DNA of 64,000 bases from a bacterium (GCA_037130655.1 JBAXSP010000001.1:37641-101640), one strand, 5' to 3'. Shown: positions 16,841-26,990, counted from the first letter of the stretch. Notes: generated from the sequence alone by a model not told the origin. Made by a program: numbers and translations.

Positions 16841-16847
16841 AAATAAT

Positions 16848-16871
16848 AAAACCTCCGATATCGGAGGTTTT
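16848..16871. terminator. bidirectional terminator (AAAACCTCCGATATCGGAGGTTTT)
   Basis: Perfect hairpin with an A-run and a T-run, between element B and the convergent gene 16877..17194. Confidence 0.7.
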
Positions 16872-16876
16872 ATTAT

Positions 16877-17194
16877 TTATTTATACAAATCGATCAGTGA
16901 TTTCAAATGATTGACATCAGGAATACCCCCAGTACCCACACCTGTTCCACCGGTATACAAATTGAGTAAACTACCCAAATATGGCTGTAAGAAGTAGAAA
17001 GAGCCGAATCCGAGACCGATAATTACAATCCAGTAAAAAATTCTAGTAATTTGTGCGATTTGTTGTCCTCGTCGTACTTTACGAACAATGACCGTATTTT
17101 CTTTTATCAATCCGATTAATTCGTCAATTTTTTGAGACAAATCATTATTTGAATTATTTTGACCATTTAGTTGATTTTGTAAATTTGGTTCCAT
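16877..17194 (-). CDS. hypothetical small membrane protein (Q/N-rich N-terminus, Gly-rich C-terminus)
   Basis: 105-aa ORF with one TM segment. Confidence 0.45.
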   Translation of the reverse strand: MEPNLQNQLNGQNNSNNDLSQKIDELIGLIKENTVIVRKVRRGQQIAQITRIFYWIVIIGLGFGSFYFLQPYLGSLLNLYTGGTGVGTGGIPDVNHLKSLIDLYK

Positions 17195-17229
17195 GGATAT
17201 ATTTTAACATATTTTAAATAATTTCTTTG

Positions 17230-17302
17230 TGTCTTCACTTGGAATCGAACCAAGATTTACTCCTTAGGACGGAGTTGTTCTATCCATTGAACTACGAAGA
17301 CA
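17230..17302 (-). tRNA. tRNA-Arg (anticodon CCT), no encoded CCA
   Basis: Reverse complement folds as acceptor GTCTTCG/TGAAGAC, D-arm GTTC-AATGGATA-GAAC, anticodon stem ACTCC/GGAGT with loop GTCCTAA, T-loop TTCGATT. Confidence 0.8.
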
Positions 17303-17351
17303 TTGTTTCTTATTATACACAAAAGACCCTTTCGGGTCTTTTGTTGTTTTA

Positions 17352-17597
17352 TTATTTTATATCCAATGCCTCTTTCATCAAATCTTCTCTAAATCCGATC
17401 ATGATACCGTATCCTTCTACTTCGATAACTGGCACACCCATTTGACCAGTTTTTTCTACCATTTCTTTTCTTTTCTCAATATCAGCAGCAACGTCGATAT
17501 CAGTAAAAGGAATGTGGTGTTCAGTCAAAAAATCCTTTGCGAGGTGGCAAAAATGACAGCTTGGAGTACTGTAGATTGTTATGTTCTTTGTGTTCAT
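17352..17597 (-). CDS. glutaredoxin-like protein (NrdH/YruB-like thioredoxin fold)
   Basis: 81 aa with a CHFC active-site CxxC after beta-1 (ITIYSTPSCHFC) and a GVPVIEV motif. Confidence 0.75.
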   Translation of the reverse strand: MNTKNITIYSTPSCHFCHLAKDFLTEHHIPFTDIDVAADIEKRKEMVEKTGQMGVPVIEVEGYGIMIGFREDLMKEALDIK

Positions 17598-17677
17598 AAT
17601 ATTTATTAGTTAATGCCTATATAATCATATTATACACCTGATTATTTAAAAATAAAAATAGTTAATTCTTCTTACTA

Positions 17678-17709
17678 TTTAGTCATTAGTAATTGGTCAT
17701 TAGTCATTA
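17678..17709. repeat. tandem heptamer array (tttagtc attagta attggtc attagtc att)
   Basis: Same TAGTCAT repeat family as at 1380-1410, directly abutting the stop of 17714..18100. Confidence 0.65.
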
Positions 17710-17713
17710 TTTT

Positions 17714-18100
17714 CTATTTTTTCTTTCCAAAAACCTTTTTGAGAAAACCGACAAACGCATTATCTTTTTCAGTCACCGGTGTAGGCAATGGTTCATCAAC
17801 AATCATAATCACTTTCTCACCCTCTTTTGCTACTGGATAATGCTCACGGATCACTGTCTCAACACCTCTATCTGTATTCAAATCTCCTAATGTTTTTCGG
17901 AGTTCAATTTCGTGTTTTTGCAAATCGGCATATTCAGCCTCAGATGCACGTTTATTGGAAATAGCCAGTGACATCTTACCCAACACATCAATCACTGAGA
18001 GTAATAAAAGAATTGTAATAACGATACAAAAAACAAGCACTGGTGTCTTCAAAAAAAAGGATTGTACTGGCTTTTTGTGTTGTTGCATTCTTTCATCCAT
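17714..18100 (-). CDS. septum formation initiator family protein (FtsB/DivIC-like)
   Basis: Single N-terminal TM, a coiled-coil segment and the C-terminal IREHYPVAKEGEKVI motif typical of FtsB/DivIC. Confidence 0.6.
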   Translation of the reverse strand: MDERMQQHKKPVQSFFLKTPVLVFCIVITILLLLSVIDVLGKMSLAISNKRASEAEYADLQKHEIELRKTLGDLNTDRGVETVIREHYPVAKEGEKVIMIVDEPLPTPVTEKDNAFVGFLKKVFGKKK

Positions 18101-18270
18101 AGATGTATATTATATCGTATATGTTTTGGAATCCTAAGCACAAAAAGAGAATTGCACTGATTTGGAAGATTATCTGCCTTTTGGTGGTAATCAGTATGAT
18201 TATGTTGTACATTCCGTCATTACTTAGATAGTCAGTATTTTAGATTATAGAGTATAGACAATTCAAGATA

Positions 18271-18300
18271 CAGGACGACCTTCGGTCGTCCTGTATTTTT
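18271..18300 (+). terminator. orphan plus-strand-oriented terminator (CAGGACGACCTTCGGTCGTCCTG + T7)
   Basis: Hairpin with a UUCG loop followed by a T-run on the plus strand only. No plus-strand gene lies upstream. Confidence 0.45.
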
Positions 18301-18337
18301 TATATTCTGAAATACTATACTCTTATATACTTTTTCC

Positions 18338-20137
18338 CTATTCCCCACTTCGCATCATCTTGATGAAAACCTCTTGCGGAATATTCACTTTCCCTCGTTC
18401 TTTCATTTTCTTCTTTCCTTTCTTTTGTTTTTCGCGGAGCTTCATTTTTCGAGTAATGTCACCGCCATACATATGCTGTGTCACATCTTTCATAAAAGCT
18501 TGTACTGTTCTCGATGAAATGATTCGTCCGTTTCCATATCCTTGGATCTTCATTGCAAACATTTGTCTCGGCAACACTTTGTGCAATTTTTCTACGGTCT
18601 TTTCTGCTTCTTCTTCAACTTGGCGTTTTGAAATAACTTTGGTAAACGCTGGGACGATTTCATCCGCAACCAAAATATCTAGTCGCGTTACTTCTGCATG
18701 ACGCAAATCACCGATTTCATACGAGACTGAAGCATAGCCTGAAGTATTACTCTTCAAATCATCAAAAAAGTTTCGCATCAATTCACGTAGTGGCATATCG
18801 AGCAATATTTGTGAACGGTTGTCACCAAAATTTTCAACTCCCATTACTTCAGCTTCATGTTCATAGAAAAATGGCATCAAGTTCGAAACATAATCCATCG
18901 GCGTGATAATAGACACGGTCACCCATGGTTCCATTACTTCTGCAATCAAACCATCATCTGGAAAAAGGTGCGGCGAATAAACGGTGACTTGTTCACCATT
19001 TCGCATTTTTACTTCATAAGTAATAGATGGTGAAGTCACCACCAATTCCAGATTAAACTCACGATGAAGTCGTTCGGTAATGATTTCCAAGTGGAGCATT
19101 CCAAGGAATCCCACACGAAAACCGCGTCCCAGAAGCCCTGAAGCTTCTTCTTCATATGAGAACGCAGAATCCGACAATCGGAGGCGTCCTAGGGCCATTT
19201 TCAGCTCATTAAAGTCATCTTGTGCCTCTGGATAGATCGAAGCCCAGACCACCGGACGAGGTTGCATATACCCAGGAATTGCCGGCAATGGTTTCTTTGC
19301 AGAGACGATGGTGTCTCCGACAGATGCAATACCTGGTTTCTTGATACCAGTTACAATATAACCGATTTGCCCAGCGGTAATTTCTTCGGTCGGTGACTCA
19401 GTTGGCATAAACGCACCAACTTCAAGTGCGATAAATTTCTCTTCTGCAATTGCAAAAAGCAGTTGTTCATTTTTCTTCACACTACCATCGAGTACACGCA
19501 CGAACACAATTACACCTTTGTGGTTGTCATATTTGAAATCAAAGACAAGTCCACGAAAAACATCTTTGTCGACTTCTTGCGTTTGCGGTGCTGGGATTCG
19601 TTTGATAACTTCTGCCAACAATTCAGGCACTCCTTCACCAGTTTTTCCCGACACGGTGAGAATACTATCAATATCGCAATCGAGTAATTTGGCAACTTCC
19701 AACTTAATATCATCAACACGCGCAAGTGGTGAATCAATTTTTGAAAGCACTGGAATGATAACGAGTCCTGATTCACGCGCCATTTGTAATGTGGTCAGTG
19801 TTTGCGCTTGCACACCTTGTGTTGCGTCAACGAGCAGAATCGAACCTTCAACCGCTTTGAGTGCACGAGAAACTTCATAAGAAAAGTCGATGTGACCTGG
19901 TGTGTCAATCAAATTCATTTGATATCCCACACCTTCATATTTGTATTCCATTCGAACTGGTTGCATTTTGATGGTAATACCACGTTCACGTTCAAGCTCC
20001 ATCGAGTCGAGAACCTGATCTTTCATCTTTCTTTTCTCGATAGTATTTGTCACCTCCAAAAGCCGGTCAGCCAAAGTGGACTTCCCGTGGTCAATGTGAG
20101 CGATAATACTAAAGTTTCGAATATGTTTGAGTTCCAT
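18338..20137 (-). CDS. lepA: elongation factor 4 (LepA)
   Basis: NFSIIAHIDHGKSTLADR G1 motif, DTPGHIDF, and the LepA-specific C-terminal domain; 599 aa. Confidence 0.95.
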   Translation of the reverse strand: MELKHIRNFSIIAHIDHGKSTLADRLLEVTNTIEKRKMKDQVLDSMELERERGITIKMQPVRMEYKYEGVGYQMNLIDTPGHIDFSYEVSRALKAVEGSILLVDATQGVQAQTLTTLQMARESGLVIIPVLSKIDSPLARVDDIKLEVAKLLDCDIDSILTVSGKTGEGVPELLAEVIKRIPAPQTQEVDKDVFRGLVFDFKYDNHKGVIVFVRVLDGSVKKNEQLLFAIAEEKFIALEVGAFMPTESPTEEITAGQIGYIVTGIKKPGIASVGDTIVSAKKPLPAIPGYMQPRPVVWASIYPEAQDDFNELKMALGRLRLSDSAFSYEEEASGLLGRGFRVGFLGMLHLEIITERLHREFNLELVVTSPSITYEVKMRNGEQVTVYSPHLFPDDGLIAEVMEPWVTVSIITPMDYVSNLMPFFYEHEAEVMGVENFGDNRSQILLDMPLRELMRNFFDDLKSNTSGYASVSYEIGDLRHAEVTRLDILVADEIVPAFTKVISKRQVEEEAEKTVEKLHKVLPRQMFAMKIQGYGNGRIISSRTVQAFMKDVTQHMYGGDITRKMKLREKQKKGKKKMKERGKVNIPQEVFIKMMRSGE

Positions 20138-20177
20138 TTATGTGCCTATACTAGCAAAAATAAGCTATTTTTGCACG

Positions 20178-20208
20178 AAAAAAGCCCCGTTTGTGACAGG
20201 GCTTTATA
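20178..20208 (-). terminator. terminator downstream of murJ
   Basis: AAAGCCCC...GGGCTTT hairpin preceded on the plus strand by an A-run, which is a T-run on the minus strand. Confidence 0.5.
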
Positions 20209-20364
20209 TATTTTAGAAACGAGAGGGCTTGATTGCATGTAAGTGCCTCAATTTATTGATTTTAAGAAGATGTGTGCCTTTACCCCAAAATTCTATGGCC
20301 ATAGTCTTCCACCAATTGTTTCTAGAAATAGTGTATCATATATAAAATTATCTGTCAAGCAAAT

Positions 20365-22044
20365 CTATTGTTCCTCAGCCACCACTTCCTGTTTCCAAAA
20401 CTTCTTCGAAATTGAACGAGTGACTGACAAAAATTCTTCTGTTTTAAATAGTGAATGAATCATCCCCCACACAATCAGTCCACCAATTCCAGCGACAAAC
20501 CCTTGGATAAATATTCCGATACCTGTTGAGCGTTCAATGTGCGGAGACAGAATTTGCAATAATTTGTACATGACAAAACTCATAATGATAGACGCTCCGA
20601 GATTTTTGATAAATGGTTTAAATAACACACTTGGTTCACCTTTCATAAAATCGTTTCGGAAGAGCAACCACAGCGCAACTCCGTTCAAGAGTGTCCCGAC
20701 AGCATAACCAAGTGACAACATCAACAAGACTGTCCCGTGCACTCCTTGTACTCGAAGCAATGATTCAATCGTATGTGCAAATACTGGTACGGTTTTGAAT
20801 AAATGAATAAAAAGATATGCAAACAAAATTTCAGATCCAGTAAAAATGAGATTCACGACGAGTGGTCTGCGAGTTTTACCAGCGGCATAATACGCACGAA
20901 CAAATAAAATGATGAAACATTGTCCGACAATAGCAATGGTAAAGAGCGCGAGTGACGCAGCAGTCAGTCGTGTGTGGTCCCAATTGAAGGCTCCTGTTCC
21001 CAAAATGACACGGACGATATGAGCACGCAATATCACAAACAATGAAATCACTGGCAATGAAAAGAAAAGAATTTGTTTGGCAGTACTGATGATAGTGTCT
21101 TTGTACAAATCCATATTACCTTCTGAAAATGCTTTTGACAGCACCGGAAATGCCGCTACTCCGTACGATAACCCGATGATTGCAATCGGCACTGATTGTA
21201 AGTTGAATGACAGATTAAAAAGTGAAATAGCACCTGTGTTAAGTTTTGACGCAAGTGCAGTAAGTACGAGCAACGCAAAACTATTGAGCGACAACGCAAG
21301 TGTTCGCGGAAGAGAAAGAAGAAAAACATTGCCCACATTTTTCCATTCGATTTTTGAACTCGCAACAAGTGTTGGGGTATTTTTTGAACGAGCAAGTACC
21401 GGCAAATTGATTGCCATATGCAAAAATGCACCGAGTAATACTCCGATAGCTAATCCATAAATACCACACACCGGCCACAAGAAATAAATCCCAATGATTA
21501 TTCCAAGGTTATAGAAAATTGGTGACAATGCGTAGACAAAAAACTTATGTTGCATTTGTGTTATCGAGCCGAACAAGTTCGATAGTCCGAGTAATATTGG
21601 TGACAACAACATCAAACGACTTACGTTCACCAACGTGTGTTGCATATCACCAGTAAACCCTGGTACAACATATCCAACCAAATACGGCATCAGAAGAAAT
21701 AATATTCCTGAAAGAATGATCATTCCGTACATAAACACCGTAAACATTTGTGATAAGAAATTTCGCACACCCTCATTCCCTTTTTCTTGTAGAATCTTGA
21801 CCAAAAATGGAAGTAGCACGGTCACCGATACCAAAGTAGAAACACTATTGAACATCAAATCTGGAATACGAAACGATGCATAGTAGATATCGAGTGATTG
21901 TGACGGACCAACAATTGAAGCAAAAGACCGGTCACGGACCAATCCAAGTAGTTGAGAAAGGAGCGCAGAAATCCCCAGCAAAAAAGCCGCATTATGAATA
22001 TTACTAAATTCTCTATGTACCATTTTCAGAATTCGATCAACCAT
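20365..22044 (-). CDS. murJ: lipid II flippase MurJ (MviN)
   Basis: 559-aa polytopic membrane protein. The N-terminal region (LLGLVRDR...FG..............FRIP) matches the MurJ family. Confidence 0.85.
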   Translation of the reverse strand: MVDRILKMVHREFSNIHNAAFLLGISALLSQLLGLVRDRSFASIVGPSQSLDIYYASFRIPDLMFNSVSTLVSVTVLLPFLVKILQEKGNEGVRNFLSQMFTVFMYGMIILSGILFLLMPYLVGYVVPGFTGDMQHTLVNVSRLMLLSPILLGLSNLFGSITQMQHKFFVYALSPIFYNLGIIIGIYFLWPVCGIYGLAIGVLLGAFLHMAINLPVLARSKNTPTLVASSKIEWKNVGNVFLLSLPRTLALSLNSFALLVLTALASKLNTGAISLFNLSFNLQSVPIAIIGLSYGVAAFPVLSKAFSEGNMDLYKDTIISTAKQILFFSLPVISLFVILRAHIVRVILGTGAFNWDHTRLTAASLALFTIAIVGQCFIILFVRAYYAAGKTRRPLVVNLIFTGSEILFAYLFIHLFKTVPVFAHTIESLLRVQGVHGTVLLMLSLGYAVGTLLNGVALWLLFRNDFMKGEPSVLFKPFIKNLGASIIMSFVMYKLLQILSPHIERSTGIGIFIQGFVAGIGGLIVWGMIHSLFKTEEFLSVTRSISKKFWKQEVVAEEQ

Positions 22045-22062
22045 ACAGTATGTTAAATAAGA

Positions 22063-24378
22063 TTATTTTTTAGTTGTTTTTGTTGTCTTATTTGAATCAA
22101 CAACTGGAGCAGGTGCTTGTTTTGTACCCAAATCAAGCGTATCAATAGCCTTTAACATTTCCTGGTTACCAACGAATGCAGTTCTGAGTGAACTTAGGAG
22201 TTTGTTTGAGTCATCATTATTACCAGTCTTTCTATATGCTCGCACCAACAATCCAGCTGTTTCCAATGAACTATTGTCGTACACAAAAGAGTTTTGCAAA
22301 TACACTACCGCACGCGCATTCAAACCAAGATCAAGTGCAACAGAACCAGCAACACGCAACGCTGTTGCATTTGTTGGGTAATAATACGCGATTGCATCCA
22401 AACTTTTTACCGCTTCATCATCTTTGTTTTGTGCATGATTAATTCGAGCAAGTAACACATACGCATCAGCATAATTATTTTTCAAAACCAAGGCACTACT
22501 AATATGTTCCACTGCTTTTGCATAGTTTTGGTTGGCGTATTCAAGTTGCGCAAAAGACAATTCACTTATCGGATTTTTGGGATCACGTTGTTTTGCCATC
22601 TCATATGCTTTGGCTGCATAATTGTATGCTTCTGTATTTTTGAGATTCAATCCGATTACATAAATATCACCCAGCGCTCTCCAGTTTTCCGCAGATGTTA
22701 TATCAGTAACATTTACCGCACCATCAGCATATGATCTCGCCAATTCATATGACTGCTGAATAGCTTTTGTATCTGGATTTTGAGATGAAATTGATGTATT
22801 AAACTGACTCAAATAAAACGAAGAGAGTGTTTTGTAGAATAGTTCATTTTTTGAATCCAAAGAAACTGCACGTAATAAATATTTCTCTGTCGTTGCCGGA
22901 GTTGGTGAAGTCACTCCTTTGCCGAACGAATATAGAGAAATATATTTTTCTGTAATTAGATACATCCCAGAAAGAGATGCGACGAGCAAGACAACGATAA
23001 GACTGATACCAAAGAAGCTTTTTCGTGGGTCATCCAAATAAGTAATATTCTTTTCACCGATTAGTTGTTGCTCTCGCAATGTTGCGACAAACAATGCAGT
23101 GAACAAGAACGTTAGCATCATTATTGAAAGCGACGGAGAATAAATCAAACAACAAAACCATAGATACAATGCACCGAGGAATGAACTAGTGACCCAAAAA
23201 TTAAAATCTTTTTCTCTCAAATTTCTAAAAACAAGACGGATACCGGTCAATACAAACACTACAACAAAAAGTACGATTGTTATCAATCCCAAAATACCAC
23301 CAGTCACCGCTAGACTTGGAAGAAATCCATAACCACTACTAAATGGAGTGTTCCAAAAATCAGTTTGATTGATAGACACAGGATGATACAACGCCCAAGC
23401 ACTTGAGAATCTGTTTGGACCGAAGCCAAAAACAGCATGAACTGAACCTGTTGTAACTGTTTTTGCAAACACGGTAGCAGTAGAAGAGAGTGATGGCTTC
23501 ACATCAACACTACTAAAACCTGTTTGTCTTGCAATAAAACCACTAACAAGATTGTTTCCAAGTAAAAACAATAAACAGACGATAATCACACAAAACGGCG
23601 CCATTGGTATTTTTCTTTGAGTGTTGCCTGTCTCATCCGCAGGAGAAAAAGTCAAAATATACACAAAAACAAGGAGTGCAAAAACACCGAGAATCAACCA
23701 AATAGTAGTGAAGTTAATCAAAGCCAAAACAGCCAATATCAAAACCAGCAACGCATTAAGTACGATTTTTTTGAATTTAGAAATCTGTGTTGTGTAGAGC
23801 GCCAACAATACAATCATTCCAATACCACCAGAAAAAATTGCCAAGTCATTCCAAGAACCAGCAAAACTTGTATTCGAAGAAACTCCAAACAATGAAGTGA
23901 ATTTTGTATTAGCAAAGAAGAAACCTGTAAAAGAAAGGAGGGTTGTTATGACAAAAGAAATGAGTAATCGTTTGTAGAGTTTTTTGACCAATGCTATTTC
24001 TTGCAGATATTGAATTGCCAAAAATCCATACATCGCCAACATAATCACACTAAAAGCTGTACCGAATTCAAAACCATTGCCCCAAAATGATTTGTGAACA
24101 ACAGGAGAAATCAATGCAGATAGGGTGAAAGAAAGGGCAAACCACCCCATATTTTTGATAATAGGAGTTTTAGGTATCGCAATATTTGCATCAATCAACC
24201 GAGCAAGCAACCAACAAACGAATGAAGCAAGTACAACAAAAGAAAAAACAAATCCTTTTATTGCTTCAATACTTACGGGTACTTTTGGTAAAAAGAGGAA
24301 TGGTAACACAATGGTTACACTCAAGAAAAGAAACTTGGCTATCTTTTCTATTTTGATGAAATGTTTTGATGGGTTCAT
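22063..24378 (-). CDS. large membrane protein: O-antigen-ligase-like (Wzy_C-type) polytopic domain fused to C-terminal TPR repeats
   Basis: About 12 TM segments in the N-terminal 450 aa. C-terminal repeats carry TPR-like AYxxAAxAYEMAxxRDPxN / YAKAVEHISSAL / ADAYVLLARI patterns. Confidence 0.65.
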   Translation of the reverse strand: MNPSKHFIKIEKIAKFLFLSVTIVLPFLFLPKVPVSIEAIKGFVFSFVVLASFVCWLLARLIDANIAIPKTPIIKNMGWFALSFTLSALISPVVHKSFWGNGFEFGTAFSVIMLAMYGFLAIQYLQEIALVKKLYKRLLISFVITTLLSFTGFFFANTKFTSLFGVSSNTSFAGSWNDLAIFSGGIGMIVLLALYTTQISKFKKIVLNALLVLILAVLALINFTTIWLILGVFALLVFVYILTFSPADETGNTQRKIPMAPFCVIIVCLLFLLGNNLVSGFIARQTGFSSVDVKPSLSSTATVFAKTVTTGSVHAVFGFGPNRFSSAWALYHPVSINQTDFWNTPFSSGYGFLPSLAVTGGILGLITIVLFVVVFVLTGIRLVFRNLREKDFNFWVTSSFLGALYLWFCCLIYSPSLSIMMLTFLFTALFVATLREQQLIGEKNITYLDDPRKSFFGISLIVVLLVASLSGMYLITEKYISLYSFGKGVTSPTPATTEKYLLRAVSLDSKNELFYKTLSSFYLSQFNTSISSQNPDTKAIQQSYELARSYADGAVNVTDITSAENWRALGDIYVIGLNLKNTEAYNYAAKAYEMAKQRDPKNPISELSFAQLEYANQNYAKAVEHISSALVLKNNYADAYVLLARINHAQNKDDEAVKSLDAIAYYYPTNATALRVAGSVALDLGLNARAVVYLQNSFVYDNSSLETAGLLVRAYRKTGNNDDSNKLLSSLRTAFVGNQEMLKAIDTLDLGTKQAPAPVVDSNKTTKTTKK

Positions 24379-24446
24379 AGTTATTGGTAAATTAATAATC
24401 CGTTATAGATTAGATTATACCAACAAACAAGCTTTTTTAGAGTGGA

Positions 24447-26897
24447 TTACAGAACAATGCTCACCAGCTTCCCTTTGACGTAGATTGTTTTTTTGATTTC
24501 CTTACTCTCTATCCATGGCAAGATTTTTTCATTTGTAACAGCGAGTTTGATGACTTCAGCTTCTTCGATATCAACTGGTACCAATAATTCTGCACGAACT
24601 TTGCCGTTGATTTGTACAACAACTGTAATCTCATCATCTTGTGTAAGTGATTCGTCGTATTTCGGCCATGTTGAAAGGTGAATACTAGAGCTTTCTCCAA
24701 GTTCATGCCACAATTGCTCAGTCATGTGTGGTGCAAATGGAGCAAGGAGTTGCAAGAAGATTTTATAAGAATAAATAGGAACAACTTCTTCTTTTTCCCA
24801 AAAATTTAAAAGTATCATCATCCCAGAAATTGCAGTATTAAATTTAAATTTTTCTATATCTTCACTCACTTTTTCTATAGTCTTATGAAGTAATACAGGT
24901 GTTTTTGTTTGATAGTTTACATCTTTTACTTTTTCTTTTAGTCTCCATACTCGCTCCAAGAATCGACGCACACCCACAACACCATTTGGATCCCACGGAT
25001 AATTTGTTGTTACTCCATATGGCCCCATAAACGCCAAATACATACGCACCGTATCAGCACCGAGTAATTGCACAATTTCATCAGGGTCAATCACATTCCC
25101 CTTTGATTTTGACATCTTGTTTCCATCAGGACCGAGGATCAATCCACGGTTGCGACGAATAATAAATTCTTCAGTGTTATTCACTAGTCCAATATCTTTC
25201 AAAGCCTTAGTCCAGAAACGTGAATACAACACATGCATTGTTGTGTGTTCAGCTCCACCCATATACAAATCAATCGGTAGCCATTTATTCATTTTCTCCT
25301 TGTCACAAAAAGCTTCAGTGTTTTTCGGATCAAGATAGCGATAGAAGTACCAAGAAGAATCAACGAATGTATCCATCGTTTCTACTTCCGGTTTCCAACC
25401 TGCACCAAAAATCTTTTCTGTTCGTTCAAACAATTCCTTACTTCGAGCAAGTGGTGAAGTCCCATCTGGTGTATGGTCGACATCTGTCGGCAAAAGCCAT
25501 GGCAAATGTTCTTTTGGGATTGGATGTGCGTTACCTTCCGGATCATAGACAATCGGAATCGGAACCCCCCAATATCGCTGACGAGAAATTCCCCAATCAC
25601 GTAAACGATAGGTCTTTACCAATTTTCCGCCGACAAATTCTGTGATTTTTGTTCGAGCTTCTTGAGAAGATATGTTATTAAAATCACCGGAATTCATTAA
25701 TGGACCGTCTTCTGTAAAACAAAAATCTTTTGCGGTTACAATATTTTTGAGATAGTGACTCGGATCATTTCGATATTCTGTAGGAACATTACCGTGATTT
25801 GTATTGCCACCAATAACTCTTTTTATTGAAAGATTGTATTTTCTAGCAAATTCAAAATCGCGTTCATCATGCGCAGGCACTGCCATCACTGCACCAGTTC
25901 CATATCCTGCAAGCACATAGTCGGCAATCCACACTGGCACATCTTCACCATTTGCCGGATTAATAGCAAAAACCCCCTCGAGACGTACTCCGGTTTTTTC
26001 TTTGTTTTGCTGACGGTCGAGTTCTGATTTCTTTTTTGACTCATCGATATATGAAAAAATGTCCGCTTGATTTTTTACGTTCAAAGAAAGCACTTCAACA
26101 AGCGGGTGTTCAGGAGCAAGTACTACATACGTCACACCAAAAAGCGTATCTGCACGAGTGGTAAATACTTTTATTTTTGCTTCACTATCTTTTATTTGAA
26201 ATTCAATTTCACTTCCTTCACTTCGTCCAATCCAATTTTTTTGTGCAGATTTGATTTCTTCTGGCCAATTCAACTCTTTTAGATCATCAATCAATGCATC
26301 GGCATATTTAGTAATACGAAGCATCCATTGTGCCTGGTCTTTTTGAACAACTTCACTTCCGCAACGTTCACACTTACCATCATGTACTTGTTCGTTAGCA
26401 AGCACGGTCATATCTTTTGGACACCAGTTCACCTTGGTCATTGCTCGGTATGCCAAATCATTTTTCAAAAATTCAGTAAACATCCATTGTGTCCATTTGT
26501 AGTATGCAGGGTCACAAGATACAACCTCACGAGACCAATCAAACATTGCTCCCATCGAACGAAGTTGATTGCGCATTGTTTCCATATGTTCATATGTCCA
26601 CACTTTTGGGTCACGCCCCAATTTGATTGCCGCGTTTTCTGCCGGCAATCCAAAGGCATCAAAACCCATCGGATACATCACATTGTATCCTTGCATTCTT
26701 TTGTAACGTGCAAAAATATCTGGCACCGCAAAAGCGTACCAGTGTCCGACGTGCAAATTTCCTGACGGATATGAAAACTCAACAAGTGCCATATAGTTTT
26801 CCTTTCCAGGAACCTCATCAGAAACTTTATAAATTCCCTTTTCTTCCCAGTCCTTTTGCCACTTTTGCTCTATATCTTTGTGATTGTATGGATTCAT
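24447..26897 (-). CDS. leuS: leucine--tRNA ligase
   Basis: HIGH-region HVGHWY and KMSKSKGN; 816 aa. Confidence 0.95.
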   Translation of the reverse strand: MNPYNHKDIEQKWQKDWEEKGIYKVSDEVPGKENYMALVEFSYPSGNLHVGHWYAFAVPDIFARYKRMQGYNVMYPMGFDAFGLPAENAAIKLGRDPKVWTYEHMETMRNQLRSMGAMFDWSREVVSCDPAYYKWTQWMFTEFLKNDLAYRAMTKVNWCPKDMTVLANEQVHDGKCERCGSEVVQKDQAQWMLRITKYADALIDDLKELNWPEEIKSAQKNWIGRSEGSEIEFQIKDSEAKIKVFTTRADTLFGVTYVVLAPEHPLVEVLSLNVKNQADIFSYIDESKKKSELDRQQNKEKTGVRLEGVFAINPANGEDVPVWIADYVLAGYGTGAVMAVPAHDERDFEFARKYNLSIKRVIGGNTNHGNVPTEYRNDPSHYLKNIVTAKDFCFTEDGPLMNSGDFNNISSQEARTKITEFVGGKLVKTYRLRDWGISRQRYWGVPIPIVYDPEGNAHPIPKEHLPWLLPTDVDHTPDGTSPLARSKELFERTEKIFGAGWKPEVETMDTFVDSSWYFYRYLDPKNTEAFCDKEKMNKWLPIDLYMGGAEHTTMHVLYSRFWTKALKDIGLVNNTEEFIIRRNRGLILGPDGNKMSKSKGNVIDPDEIVQLLGADTVRMYLAFMGPYGVTTNYPWDPNGVVGVRRFLERVWRLKEKVKDVNYQTKTPVLLHKTIEKVSEDIEKFKFNTAISGMMILLNFWEKEEVVPIYSYKIFLQLLAPFAPHMTEQLWHELGESSSIHLSTWPKYDESLTQDDEITVVVQINGKVRAELLVPVDIEEAEVIKLAVTNEKILPWIESKEIKKTIYVKGKLVSIVL

Positions 26898-26990
26898 AGT
26901 ATTTCAACAGTATAGTCCAAAATCGACTTTTTTTCCATAAGAAAACCCCCAGAAAATTCTGAGGGTTTTGGACCTAAGTCCTAATGTCTT

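Noticed and set aside
16641-16842. Element B as tmRNA, SRP RNA or RNase P RNA.
   Set aside because: It is too short and lacks the tmRNA T-arm/CCA end, the SRP domain IV motif and the RNase P P4 consensus. Three homologous copies within one window is incompatible with single-copy housekeeping RNAs.
18338-20137. ORF-track ORFs antisense to lepA (18360..18701, 19463..19687, 19518..19880, 19802..20242).
   Set aside because: Embedded in the opposite strand of a highly conserved GTPase gene. Their low-complexity Ser/Thr/Cys-rich sequences are typical antisense artefacts.
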